A stretch of 64,000 nucleotides of DNA, taken from Pristiophorus japonicus. Its lineage: Eukaryota. A model generated the notes under the pieces. It ran no database searches. It was not told the origin of the DNA and was given only the letters and a program-made list of their open reading frames with translations. This document shows, piece after piece, positions 11,276-23,825 of this stretch (position 1 is the first letter of the stretch; each line of letters starts with the position of its first letter). The stretch spans positions 263,934,001-263,998,000 of the forward strand of contig NC_091977.1 in assembly GCF_044704955.1 (NCBI RefSeq). The letters are read 5' to 3'. Both the position numbers and the translations under genes were made by a program.

Positions 11276-11476
11276 TATCATAGAATATTTGCAGTTGCTG
11301 TGTACAATTAACTTTAATGGGGACATAGCAACTATGTGGGCACATTGAGCTGAATGGCATCCTTCCATGCTGAAATGATAAAACTTATCACTCCAATAAG
11401 CATTTTTAATGGACATTGAATCTTAAATATTTTTTAAATTTACATTCACTGAATCTGCCTTCCCTCACTTTACTCA

Positions 11477-13217
11477 CAAATGGAATGTTGACCTTTATTA
11501 CAAGGGGGATAGAGTATAAAAGTAAGGAAGTCCTGCTACAATGCGTACAGTTTTGGTCTCCTTATTCAAGGAAGGATATATTTGCATTGGAGGCAGTTCA
11601 GAGAAGGTTCACGAAGTTGATTCCTGAGATGAAAGGGTTGTCTTTGAAGAAAGGTTAAGCAGGTTGGGCCTGTACTCATTGGAGTTTAGAAAAATGAGAG
11701 GTGATCTTATTGAAACGTATAAGATTCTGAGGGGGTTTGAGATCGTAGATGCAGAGAGGATGTTTCCCCTTGTGGGGTAATCTAGAACTAGGGGACATAG
11801 TTTAAGAATAAGGGTTCACCCATTTAAAACTGAAATGAGGAGGAATTTCTTCTCTCAGAGGGTCGTGAATCTTTGGAATTCTCTACTCCAGAGAGCTTTT
11901 GAGGCTGGGTCATCGAATATATTTAAGGTGGAGATAGACAGATTTTTGAATGATAAGGGAGTCGAGGGTTATGGGGAGTGGGCAGGGAAGTGGAGTTGAG
12001 GTCAAGATCAGATCAGCCATGATCTTATTGAATGGCAGAGCAGGATTGAGGGGCCAAATAAGAATATAAGAAATAGGTGGGGAGTAGACCACTTGGCCCC
12101 TCGAGCCTGCTCTGCCATTCAATAAGATCATGGCTAATTTGATTATGGACTCAGCTCCACTTCCCTGCCCGCTCCCCATAACCCTTTACTCCCTTATCGC
12201 TCAAAAATCTGTCTATCTCCATTTTAAATATATTCAATGACCCAGCCTCCATAGCTCTCTGGGACAGAGTATTCCATAGATTTACAACTCTCTGAGAAAA
12301 GACATTTCTCCTCATCTCAGTTTTAAATGGGCGGCCCCTTATTCTCAGACTATGTCCGCTAGTTTTAATTTCCCCTATGTGGAAATATCCTCTTTGCATC
12401 CACCTTGTCGAGCCCCCTCATTATCTTATGTTTCAATAAGATCACCTCTCATTCTTCTCAACTCCGATGAGTATACTCAACCTATCTTCATAAGTCAAAC
12501 CCCTCATCTCCAGAATCAACCTCGTAAACCTTCTCTGACCAGCTTCCAATGAAGTATATCCTTCCTTAAATACGGAGACCAAAACTGTATGCAGTACTCC
12601 AGTTATGGCCTCACCAATATACTCTATCCCCCTTGTAATAAATGCCAACATTCCATTTGCCTTCCTGATTACTTGCTGTAGCAGCATACTAACTTTTCGT
12701 GTTTCATGCACAAGGACCCCCAGGTCTCTTTGTACTGCAGCACTTTGCAATTTTTCTCCATTTAAATTATAATTTGCTTTTCTATTAATTCTGCCAAAGT
12801 GGATAACCTCACATTTTCTCACATTATACTCCATCTGCCAAATTTTTGCCCACTCACTTAGCCTGTCTATATCCCTTTGCAGATTTTTTGTGTCCTCCTC
12901 ACAATTTGCTTTTCCACCCATCTTTGTAGCATCAGCAAACTTGGCTACATTACACTCGTCCCTTCATCCAAGTCATTAATATAAATTGTAAATAGTTGAG
13001 GACCCAGCACCGATCTCTGCGGCACCCCAATAGTCATTGTTTGCCAACCGGAAAATGATCCATTTATCCTGACTCTCTGTTTGCTGTTAGTTAGCCAATC
13101 CTCTATCCATGCTAATATATTACCCCAACCCCGTGAGCTTTTATCTTGTGCAGTAACCTCTTATGTGGCACCTTATTGAATGGCCTACTCCTGCTCCTTT
13201 TCTTATGTTCTTATGTT
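11477..13217 (+). mobile_element. CR1 3' fragment whose 3' UTR is split by an opposite-strand CR1 (tail resumes at about 13177)
   Basis: GMLTFITRGIEYKSKE...VQRRFTKLIPEMKGL; UTR GAGGGGCC|...|GAATGGCCTACTCCTGCTCC..CTTATGTTCTTATG. Confidence 0.85.
12057..13176 (-). mobile_element. CR1 LINE 3' portion
   Basis: LQRDIDRLSEWAKIWQMEYNV.KCEVIHFG, FSQRVVNLWN; AAGAA-type tail at about 12060. Confidence 0.92.
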
Positions 13218-14275
13218 TATCTATAAAAATAATATGCTACACCTATTGAAATTATGTCCTTTGCAACCATAAGGCTGACCAGTCAAAGCAAAGTTCAGAT
13301 GGTGTAAACAGAACATTAAAATGTCATATTATAACCGTGACAGTTTAAAAAAATATCTATAAATGTTAAAAACACTAAATCACAGTTTGGGAGTGGTTGA
13401 GAAGCCAAACCTTGTTTGCTTGTATTTGTATCTGTTAACAACAGATTAGTTGCTGCCAGAAACTCATTTAGTTTTTGCTAATAGAACAAGAAGTAATAAA
13501 TCACAGTATAACTGACAAAAGCTGCAGGGATGTGCTGCCTAACACAAACAATGCTTGGGAAATGAACACACCTCCACACACCTCCTCCATCCAGCAGTGC
13601 TGACTCATTTTTCAGTGAAATGCTGTAGTTTCTCGACCAGATTATCAGTTTTTTTGTTTTGTTCTGTGGAGGTAAAATTGTACTTTCACTCCCAACATCC
13701 GTACTGCCTGGCTAAAGGAATGCAAGCAAAGCAATGTGTTTGCAGGCTGACAAACCGACCTACGCGGGGAGAATTTATGCAGGGTTTTATAAATTTAGTG
13801 AGGCAGAAAATAGATTGGGGTGCATAGAGGAAATAATGTGTCAGTCAAACTAAGTTTACAGTACAGAGAGACCATACCACAAGTGGATTGCAGCCAATAA
13901 TTGTTAACATATGGTGTGTTTGCAGTATTCATGCCTTCAACCAATGATCAATAACAGAGCCGGTTGTAATTTTAGAAGCTAAAAGCTATAATGCTTTTTT
14001 TTTTCTGATGATGATTCAAGACCTGTGACTTCTGGTAATTGATCATTCCTAATTCTTGTGCATGTTATTATAGAACTGTGCACTGCTGGCTTGCAGGTAA
14101 AGATTAATGTAAACAGTATGCAGTTTATTTTAAACTGGCTTGCAGTGGCTGCAGTAGACATATTTTGGCAAGGCAGCATGTTTTTCTCGCTGTAAAAAAT
14201 ATCAAGGAGTATTGTTGTAATGTTGTGAGCACTTGTATAGATCTGGCATGGTGAAAGATTGAATACTTGATATAG

Positions 14276-14732
14276 AAAGAAATAAAGACTTGCATTTATA
14301 TAGCACCTTTCACAACCACCTCAAATCACTTTTATAGCCAATTAAGTGCTTTTTGGAGAGAGTCACTGTTGTCATGTGGGAAACGTGGCAGCCAATTTTC
14401 ACACAGCAAACAGCAATGTGATGATGGCCAGATAATCTGCGTTTTTTATTATGTTGTTTGAGGGATAAATATTGGCTTAGATACCAAAGATAACTCTTCT
14501 GCTCTCCTTCAAAATACTCTCATGGGAACTTTTACATCTACCTGAGAGAGCAGACAAGTGCTCGATTTAACATCTTATCCGAAAGACAGCACTTCTGACA
14601 GTGCAGTACTCTCTCAGCACTGCACTGGAGTGTCAGCATAGATTTTTTTTGTTTGAGTCCCTGGGGTAGGACTTGAACACATCAACTTCTGATTCAGAGG
14701 CAAGGGTGCTACCCACTGAGCCACAGCTGACA
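14276..14732 (-). mobile_element. tRNA-derived Deu-domain SINE (SacSINE1-like), full length
   Basis: Head GTCAGCTGTGGCTCAGTGGGTAGCAC..GTTCAAGTCC (A/B boxes), Deu core GTCTTTCGGAT.AGATGTTAAA, tail GCTATATAAATGCAAGTCTT. Confidence 0.85.
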
Positions 14733-15384
14733 TGTGCCACATTTTTTAACTGAGCAGTGTTTATTTGGAAGGAACTCCAGACTGGCTGCAGTTTAGCAAA
14801 ATTAATCTTCCTGCCATGCTGAATATAAAGAATAATGCACACCTGGGAATGATTGTAAACCAGTCATCTGATGCAAGGGTTCAGATGATGTCATAAACTT
14901 CAGGAGCAAATCTCAAATGGTTTATCACAACCATAAAATACCTGAGATGAGATTAGGAACATGACATTGCTGTAGAATACACGTCATTTTTATAAGGTGT
15001 ACTGAGAAATGCATGTAATGGTTTTATTCAGCTTGGAGTCTATTGCTGGTTAAAGCCCTCAGAGTGTTTGTTCTGTTGTATTGTTGCGTGATGATGTCCA
15101 TGCTGAATAACTAACAGCTGTAATGCTGAACACTACAGGGTAATCAATACATAAGTTCCAATTAAAATGTCAGACATTAAAATAATCTGCATGTAACTAT
15201 ATAATGGGTAATTCCACACACCGTGCAGGGAGTGTGGGTTGGGTAATTGAGGCTGTCGTGTTGTAGCTCTATTTCCTCTGCTCACTGCAGGTGTGATTCT
15301 CTGCGGGGTGCATGGCATCACAGAATTACCGTTATTGAAGATATATATGCTGGCGTACTAAATATTGGGAAGACCGAAGCCATT

Positions 15385-16121
15385 GGCCTGGAATTTGTAG
15401 TCAGCGGCGAAGCAAATGCAATCGCCACTGATCTTGCAATCTCATATGACGATCACTTGAGCTTTGTCTACCTTAATTTAATTGTAACGCTGTCAAAAGG
15501 GGATTCCCAGCATAAAGCAGCAGTGATGTCATCAAGCTGTCTAAGCAGCCAATCATTTTGAAAAATATTCACATATAGCAAACCAGGAAGTAAAATGCAG
15601 AGATTATCATTCTTTTTGTAATCATTTTACCAAGAGCAAAATACAGTTTGGGACATACACATAGGTTTAAGGTAGAAGCTGAAATATCATAAACAAACTT
15701 TACATTTTTTTAAATAATTTTAAATATCTGGTCATTTTTATCATAATGGAGATATTTGACATTCCACAAACATAAAATTAGCTTTTCATAGCCAGAATGG
15801 TTGTTCAGCAGTTAATACATCATTAAAATCCCAGTTACACCTACTCCAACAAGGCTTAACTTTCTTTGGAATAACAACAGAAAATGCTGGAAATACTCAG
15901 CAGGTGAGGACGATGACCTTTCATCAGCTCTGATGAAAGGTAATCGACCTGAAATGTTAACTCTGTTTCTATCTCCACAGATGCTGTCTGACCTGCTGAG
16001 TATTCAGCATTTCCGTGCTTAGCTGCGAATGTGCTAAATCCTTTAGTTACTGTCAGTTTCAGAGGGGTAATGAAAGCAAATGCTAACAGTTTTCCATCTT
16101 TACCACTGCAAAATCCAGCCA
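15385..16121. mobile_element. MITE inserted in L2
   Basis: Imperfect TIR GGCCTGGAATTTG / CAAAATCCAGCCA; flanks ATT/GTT; removing it restores the L2 sequence GAAGCCATTGTCTTC. Confidence 0.7.
15876..16016. mobile_element. Palindromic Penelope pLTR-derived element with a degenerate minimal hammerhead ribozyme (15926-15962, +)
   Basis: Outer inverted repeat AAATGCTGGAAATACTCAGCAGGT / ACCTGCTGAGTATTCAGCATTT; inner ACCTTTCATCAG-CT-CTGATGAAAGGT; core CTGATGA-A-AGGT(aatcg)ACCT-GAAA-TGTTA. Confidence 0.7.
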
Positions 16122-18465
16122 GTTGTCTTCAGTCCCTGCCACAAACTCCATTCCCTAGCCATTGAATCCATCCCTCTCCCTGGCAATTGTCTGAGGCTGA
16201 ACCAGACCGTTTGCAAGCTTAGTATCGTATTTGACCCTGAGATGAGCTTCCGACTACATATCCGTGCCATCACTAAAACTGGCAATTTCCACCTCCGTAA
16301 CATCACTCGATTTCACCCCTGCCTCAACTCCTAAAACCCTCATCCATGCCTATGTTACCACTAGACTTGACTATTCCAAAGCACTCCTCGCCAGTCTCGC
16401 ATCTTCCACCCGCCATAAACTTAAGGCCATTCAAAACTCTGCTGCCCGAGTCCTAACTCGCACCAAGTCCGATTCATCCATCTCCCCTGTGCTCGCTGAC
16501 CTATGTTAACTGGCAGTTAAGCAACACCTCAATTTTAAAATTCTCATCCTTGTTTCCAAATTTCTCCATGGCCTTGCCACTTCCTGTCTCTGTCATCTCC
16601 TCAAGCCCTACAACCCGTTGCGATATCTACATTCCTCCAATTCTGGCCTCTTGCGCATCCCCAATTTTAATCACTCCACCATTGGTGGCCATGCCTACAG
16701 CTGCCGATGGCTCCAAGTTCTGGAATTCCCTCATGAAATCTCTCCTCCTCTCTACCTCTTTTTCCTCATTTAAGGCGTTCCTTAAAACCTACCTCTTCTG
16801 CCCTAATATCTCTTTATATGTGGCTCAGTGTCAAGTTTTGATTGACAGCACTCTTGTGAAGTGCCTTGGGATGTTTTGCTACGTTAAAGCGCTACATAAA
16901 GGCAAGTTGTTGTTGTATGGGCAGTGAACACATTAGGGGGTTCAAGTGTTAGCGTAAGATACAAGAATGCAGTCTTGGAAATGTATTAATATTGCCCAAT
17001 TCCTGAGATCCTTGGAATACACTGCAACCTGGATTACTCTTGTACTGAATACAGCTAGAATTATGGGACTGAATTGTTCCATTTTTGGCAATTCTTATTG
17101 GCCGTTGCAGGTTTCATGGTGAACAATTGGCTTCATTTGAACTGAAATGCCATTGTACAGTGTAATTTGCCAATGTTGTTGGGTTTCATCTCAGTATATG
17201 TTCGAGGGGAATAGCTTATATAGGAGTCATTTTTCAATATTCTCTTCCTGATATGGAACCTCGGTAGATTGGAGTGCATATCGGAGATCGGCTTGGTCTG
17301 ATTCATGATCTGCATATCAATCATAATTTTCCACCAGAAGTGACAAGAAATATGAGCAGGTGTATTCGAATGATGACAGTGGCAATGTTACAATGTCATG
17401 TCCACTTCAGCAATGCTGGATCATTGTTGCACCAGTACTGGTCTGGTTTCAGCATTTCTACAGTTGCAAATGATATCTTGCCTTTTAGTGGACCTTTTAA
17501 AGTCGTCACTTCAATCAATCAAGGGATCGTCCCAGCAGCAGATTTTGCTGCATTTCCTGAGAAGTCACAGCTCTCTTCTGGGAGATGGACTGGCCCCTTT
17601 AAACTGCTGCAAGTGCCCGAGGCCCACTGCAGGGATATTTCCACTCGTCCGCTCACCCGTGGTAGGCTCCCTGGCACAGGCGTAGAACATTGCCGGCACC
17701 TCACCAAAAAAAAATCCGAAATCCGTCAGATTAAGCTGATGCTGGAAAATTTGCCATGGCAAATATGCAGGCACAAATCTCATTTCACCAACTTTAAAAT
17801 CCACAATACTGACAATGAGGAAAATTCCAAGTATTTGTTTTGTTTGTTTTTAGTAAGACATGTGTTAGGCACTTTCACCCATTAAAGTTGTCTCTAGCAG
17901 TATTTTGTTGATTGAATTCCTTATATTTCAGTCCAGTTTTATTTTATATTCCACTAGCTTTTATACTACCTGGTGTCACATGAGAAATGCTTGAAGCCTT
18001 TCACTGATTAAATTGTTGTTTGTTCCTTTGTTCTTAAATTTTACACTGTTCTGATCTGCATTAAAAGCCCATCACCTCCAGACTCATCTTGTTTCACAGA
18101 GTAAGCTTTTGTAAATGACAGTACGTAAATTAGATGTTTTTTATATTTCAAGTTCACCAGATATTTTTCAACAGACAAGCTGTTCTTAAAAGCTTAGTAA
18201 AAACATACATTGCTCTCATTTTCTACAATAGTTTATTAATCTTACTTAATTTGGCACTCAGAATTGTGTCATTTTATAGTGAAGACTCAGGCTGTTGTAA
18301 AATGTTTCCGTGATTGTGTTTAATCACAGCCTCTCCTCTGGGATTGTTACAGAGCTTCTAAAGAATGCAATTAATGAAGCAATATATACTAGGCACAGAA
18401 AGAAAGGAAATGGTTAAAGAACAATAACAGGTCACAAGTCGTCCATCCTGAAAGAAAGATAGATA

Positions 18466-18862
18466 GAAAGAAAGACTTGCATTTATATAGCGCCTTTAAA
18501 GACCACCGGATGTCTCAAAGTGCTTTACAGTCAATTAAGTACTCTTGGAGTGTAGTCACTGTTATAATGTAGAAAACATGGCAGGCTATTTGCGCACAGC
18601 AAACTCCCACAAACAGCAATGTGATAATGACCAGATAATCTGTTTTTGTTATGATGATTGAGGGATATTTATTGTCCAAGACACCAGGGATAACTCCACT
18701 GCTCTTCTTTGAAATAGTGCCGTGGGAGCTTTTACATCCACCTGAGTGGCCAGACGGGGCCTCAGTTTAACATCTCATCCAAAAGATGCCAACTCCAACA
18801 GTGCTGCACTCCCTCAGCATGGTACTGAAGTGTGAGCCTAGATTTTTGTGCTCAAGTTCCTA
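18466..18862 (-). mobile_element. Deu-domain SINE (SacSINE1-like), head missing
   Basis: Homologous to 14276-14732; tail AGAAAGAAAGACTTGCATTTATATAGCGCC. Confidence 0.85.
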
Positions 18863-18961
18863 CAATCATATATAAATACTGTAGTAAATATAGCCCGTTA
18901 AGATTGTATCATTTTGCTGAGTGCCAATAAAAATTCTCTCTGTACCATGCAGAGTAGTCAT

Positions 18962-19131
18962 CGGGATGAATTTTGACTTTGTGTGATACTGTAAGCCGGG
19001 CGATAGAGAATCAGCAGCTCGCTTTACATCTCGCCCGATTTTCAGTTCCACTGACTTTACTGGAAATATAAATGAGGAGTGATGTAAAACGGGGTGCTGA
19101 TTCGCAATCATCCAGAATCAAAACCCACCCC
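18962..19131. mobile_element. Old palindromic MITE
   Basis: Arms GAATCAGCAGCTCGCTTTACATC / GATGTAAAACGGGGTGCTGATTC around a central TTCCACTGACTTTACTGGAA; ends GGGATGAATTTTGA / TCAAAACCCACCCC. Confidence 0.6.
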
Positions 19132-19290
19132 TTAGTATCTTACTGTACAGAGAGTATTGATTGGCCTCTGATCATTTCGCAGAAGTAGGAATAAATTGTT
19201 TTGTGCTGGAAAGTACAAACAGAATTTGTATCAAGAGTATGGGGTAGAATTTCTGCAGTGTTCTCAGATCTCCACCGTAACTCCTGGAGA

Positions 19291-19761
19291 AAAAAAGAAA
19301 GACTTGGATTTATATAGCGCCTTTCACAGCCTTCGGATGTCCCAAAGCGCTTTACAGGCAATTAAGTACTTTTTTGAAGTGTAGTCACTTTTGTAACGTA
19401 GGAAACGCAGCAGCCAATTTGCACACAGCAAGCTCCCACAAAGAGCAATGTGAAATTGAGTGAATAATCTGTTTTTGTGTTGTTGACTGAGGGATAAATA
19501 TTGGCCAGGCCACCGGGAATAACTTCCCTGCTCTTCTTCAAAAGAGTGCTGTGGGATCTTTTACATCCACCTGAGACAACAGACAGGATCTCAGTTTAAC
19601 GTCTCATCCGAAAGACAGCACCTTTGACAGTGCAGCGCACCGTCAGCACTGCACTGGAGTGTCAGCCTAGATTTTTGTGCTCAAATCTGTGGAGTGGGAC
19701 TTAAACCCACAACCTTGCGACTCAGAGCTGAGTGTGCTACCCACTGAGCCATGTCTGACAC
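19291..19761 (-). mobile_element. Deu-domain SINE (SacSINE1-like), full length
   Basis: tRNA head (GGCTCAGTGGGTAGCAC...GGTTTAAGTCC), Deu core and L2-type tail are all present. Confidence 0.88.
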
Positions 19762-20719
19762 ATAAATAACATTAATGGTTGTTCTGAGCTGGTTACGCCA
19801 TTTCTCTGGGGTTTCTGCCAATCTCCTGCCAGAGAAACCCCCGGGGAAATTCGAGGCACGTAACTTAATGCTTATTAAATGAGTGGAGCAAGTGTAACAG
19901 CAACTGAGCATAAATGGTTTGTTGTATTGATTTTGTCACCACAGCATAAGAAGACTAGTCCACTCACCAAAGGATAAATGCACTGCCCAATATGAGGCTG
20001 GATTATTATCCACAGCCTGGACCAGCTGACGGCCCCCTTGGCCGTGCCCAGGAGCAGTCCTACGAAGAGGCCTTCCAACCTGCCGCTCCCCTCCGCACAG
20101 GGTGCCCAAAGATCAGGAGTATGGGACTGAAGTGTAACCAGAATTTGAGGAGCATCCCCTTCAAATAATGGAACAGGGGCTGCAACCTGACCTACTCCAC
20201 ATAAACATGGAACACGGACTCTTTCAGACCGCAGAAATTACAGGTGACCTGGAGTCTGTGAACTGACTTAAAAACCGATTGCACGGAACTGTCCTGTGCA
20301 ACACCCTTCAGACCAAGTCCCCAGTAAATAAAGGGAGGACTCCCGCATAGAGAGGACTCCATTGAGGACCCCCGCCTCCTCTGGATGGCAAGATGGTGCG
20401 CCATGGCGTGTCCGGACGGCAGACGAGGATGGCAAAGTGGAGAGTGTGCAGGAGCAACAAATACAGGAATCCACTGTGCGCAGAACTGAAAGGCACGGAG
20501 AGGATTTCCCGGAATTTCCTGGAGGTTCAAATTGTGCTGATTTCAAATGAGACTACATTTGAGTTCAAACAGTAGCTTGTGGAGCTTCATATAAACACAT
20601 TTATGTTTTATTTGCTAGTTTTGAATAACTTTTAAAATATTGATAAAAATCTAGGTCACAAAAATATCACACAGATTGTGGGCTCTTCCCAATGTGGTTC
20701 TGTGATGCCATTTCCCCAG

Positions 20720-21737
20720 AAGAGGCAGTATTATGGTCATTTTACACTGTATATTAATGATTTAGATGAGGGGATTAAATGTAGTATCTCCAAATTTGCA
20801 GATGACACTAAGTTGGGTGGCAGTGTGAGCTGCAAGGAGGATTCTATGAGGCTGCAGAGCGACTTGGATAGGTTAGGTGAGTGGGCAAATGCATGGCAGA
20901 TGAAGTATAATGTAGATAAATGTGAGGTTATCCACTTTGGTGGTAAAAACAGAGAGACAGACTATTATCTGAATGGTGACAGATTAGGAAAAGGGGAGGT
21001 GCAACGAGACCTGGGTGTCATGGTACATCAGTCATTGAAGGTTGGCATGCAGGTACAGCAGGCGGTTAAGAAAGCAAATGGCATGTTGGCCTTCATAGCG
21101 AGGGGATTTGAGTACAAGGGCAGGGAGGTGTTGCTACAATTGTACAGGGCCTTGGTGAGGCCACACCTGGAGTATTGTGTACAGTTTTGGTCTCCTAACC
21201 TGAGGAAGGACATTCTTGCTATTGAGGGAGTGCAGCGAAGGTTCACCAGACTGATTCCCGGGATGGCGGGACTGACCTATCAAGAAAGACTGGATCAACT
21301 GGGCTTGTATTCACTGGAGTTCAGAAGAATGAGAGGGGACCTCATAGAAACGTTTAAAATTCTGACGGGGTTAGACAGGTTAGATGCAGGAAGAATGTTC
21401 CCAATGTTGGGGAAGTCCAGAACCAGGGGACACAGTCTAAGGATAAGGGGGAAGCCATTTAGGACTGAGATGAGGAGGAATTTCTTCACCCAGAGAGTGG
21501 TGAACCTGTGGAATTCTCTACCACAGAAAGTTGTTGAGGCCAATTCACTAAATATATTCAAAAAGGAGTTAGATGAAGTCCTTACTACTAGGGGGATCAA
21601 GGGGTATGGTGAGAAAGCAGGAATGGGGTACTGAAGTTGCATGTTCAGCCATGAACTCATTGAATGGCGGTGCAGGCTAGAAGGGCCGAATGGCCTACTC
21701 CTGCACCTATTTTCTATGTTTCTATGTTTCTATGTTT
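20720..21737 (+). mobile_element. Young 5'-truncated CR1 LINE (family A) with open ORF2 C-terminus
   Basis: Uninterrupted frame [48 protein letters not shown]; tail (TTTCTATG)n. Confidence 0.96.
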
Positions 21738-23178
21738 CAGCCTCTGTGGATGCTAAATGCATTTGAGCATCAAAATCAAATGTGAAATAAGATTTCCTTC
21801 ACGTGGTTTCATCCCTCAGCTCCTCTCCTGAAGGAATTACATTGGATAAATCGGGTAGAGTTCTTGCTCCCGGTTGTGACTTGTTGAAGGTGCTTGTGTG
21901 TGAGCATTGGGTGACGGCAGGACTTGTCTTGGCTGTGCTGCCCTCTGTGGTTGAATAGTCTGACAACGCTCCCGAACTGAGGCAAGATAGCAAAGGGCTG
22001 GTGGAGCGGAAGTTGCATTTTTCTGGAAAAGAGGATAAAAAATTGGCGAAGGGGTGGAAGGGACAGAAAACTGAAATAAGATTTTTTTTCTTACTTGATG
22101 ACAATCTAGAATGAAAACACCCAAGGATTAAGAATGAATGAAGATGCAGTACATAAACCTTAAGATTTCCCTCTCAACAAATTGTTCATCTCCTTTAACT
22201 GAGATGGTCAAATAATGGGGTGATCATGAAAACAGATAGCATGCAAAAGTATTTGAAAGGTCAGGCAGCATAAGTCAGCCATTTAGCAAACCAAATTGCA
22301 ATATAATCGGTGACAACATCATGCTCAGCAATGCCATCTTTGCAAGGTCAGCCTTCTGCTGGTTATAAGGACTGCTGCTGCTTCGAGGCAGATAAGAGGA
22401 CACCCTTTGGTAAAAAGCTGGGAAATTGCTAATTCCCTCAGCAGCTTAAAAGCCATTTAAATTCACCTAGGATTGGATGGATGAGTGGTTTCAGCATATT
22501 ATATGCATCCTGGGAACACAATGGTCAGCATCTCAGGAAAAATAAATGAATATTTGCGAGCTGACCAAAGTCTCAGGTGCAGGATTATCTTCGCATGTTA
22601 AGAGCAATAGAATTTATTGCAGTCTCTGAACTGGTAGATGAATTTTATCAGTTTATATATATCGTTTCCTTTCCTTCTGAAATTGGGACAGTATATCAGT
22701 GTTCTGAAGGAGATGAATTCTAACCATAGCCATGTCCCCAAGTTTGGACTTTGCTGTGCCTTGATTGAACTGGAGTGCCTCCATTCAGAACTGATTATTG
22801 CTTATAAATCTGAAATGAAATTTGGAATGTTTGCTTAACAAGTGCACTGGTCGCTGAACTGTTTCTGTTAATCTTTTCTTTAATTCCCTCTGTCATGTAG
22901 AGCCAGCAGCTCTGCAATTCTGTTGAGGTCCAGCTTGTATCATTCTTGTAATGCGGACACTCATCTATTCTCATTTAAACATATTTATTTTTCTGCCATA
23001 TCAGTTCTAGATCTACTTAAATTGGTATTAAAGTGATTCTTTTCTTTGGACAGTTGTATTGCTGTTGCGTCTCACAGTTAGTCAACCTACAGTTTAGTGT
23101 GTGGTGGGGGGAGCAGGGAGAAACACTTCATGTGAATCTTTGCTGACAGTCATTACTGCCAGCATTCTCCAACACTCT

Positions 23179-23825
23179 GGGCTGGATTTTCGGGTCTTCT
23201 CCGCTCTGTTTTTCACCCCGGAGCAGTGGCAATGGTGGCAGTGAGGTGTTCTGGCTGGGCAGTCAGCCTCCAGCGCCCCGCAGCAATCCTTTGGTCCAGT
23301 TTAGCGGCTGTGCTGAGCAGCACCTCCCGGAAGAGCTGCGCCCGATGTGCAACACTCCTGGTTACGACACCGGTATGAGTTATGATTCTTGTCTGACCCG
23401 TCTGCCGCAAAGTGCAACTCACACTGACCGCCTGGGAAATCAGATCGTCCAAAAATCCCATCGGCGAAGAGGTGAATAATGGACTCCTAACGTAAGTGAG
23501 ATTGTTTTTTTTTCTTTTAATTTTTTTTGTGATTTGTGTTGTGGTGGCGTGGGCAATGTTTTGCGAATGTTTTTGTGGTACTTTTTGCGGGGGGTTCCCC
23601 TCCAGGCTTCTCTCGGACCGCTCGCAGCCCGGCTCTTTAGCTCGGAAGTTTCCCATCCTAACACCCCAAGAGAGGTGTACAACACCTTCCTTAGCGCTGC
23701 GCCCCCTGACTCAGGGCCCAGCTGCCCAAACTTACTTACTGAGGCACAAACTGTTCCCGAGTGCTAACTTTGCCGCCCCGACGCCATTATTGCCCCAAAA
23801 ACATCAAAGCCGAAAATTCAACCCC
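23179..23825. mobile_element. MITE
   Basis: TIR GGGCTGGATTTTCGG / CCGAAAATTCAACCC; GC-rich arms and T-rich centre; no clear TSD. Confidence 0.7.

Larger units (their letters stand above)
10165..11294. repeat. Inverted duplication: 10165-10358 versus 11094-11294
   Basis: CTGCAAATATTCTATGATAC...TAGGTTTACCACTCCTGA is the reverse complement of 11094-11294 with few substitutions and a short indel; the ORF track shows the same peptide MPSYLIATRIMP on both strands. Confidence 0.9.
15358..16916 (+). mobile_element. L2 LINE 3' portion, split by a MITE
   Basis: LNIGKTEAI | VFSPCHK..LGIVFDPEMSF-like, LIHAYVTTRLDYSKALL, IQNSAARVLT; tail AAGGCAAGTTGTTGTTGT. Confidence 0.88.

Noticed and set aside
17274-17885. 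203-aa ORF
   Set aside because: No recognisable domain; it runs into MITE-like GC-rich sequence near 17590; probably chance.
20000-20520. GC-rich block with several short ORFs
   Set aside because: Probably a transposon fragment, but I cannot assign a family, ends or product.
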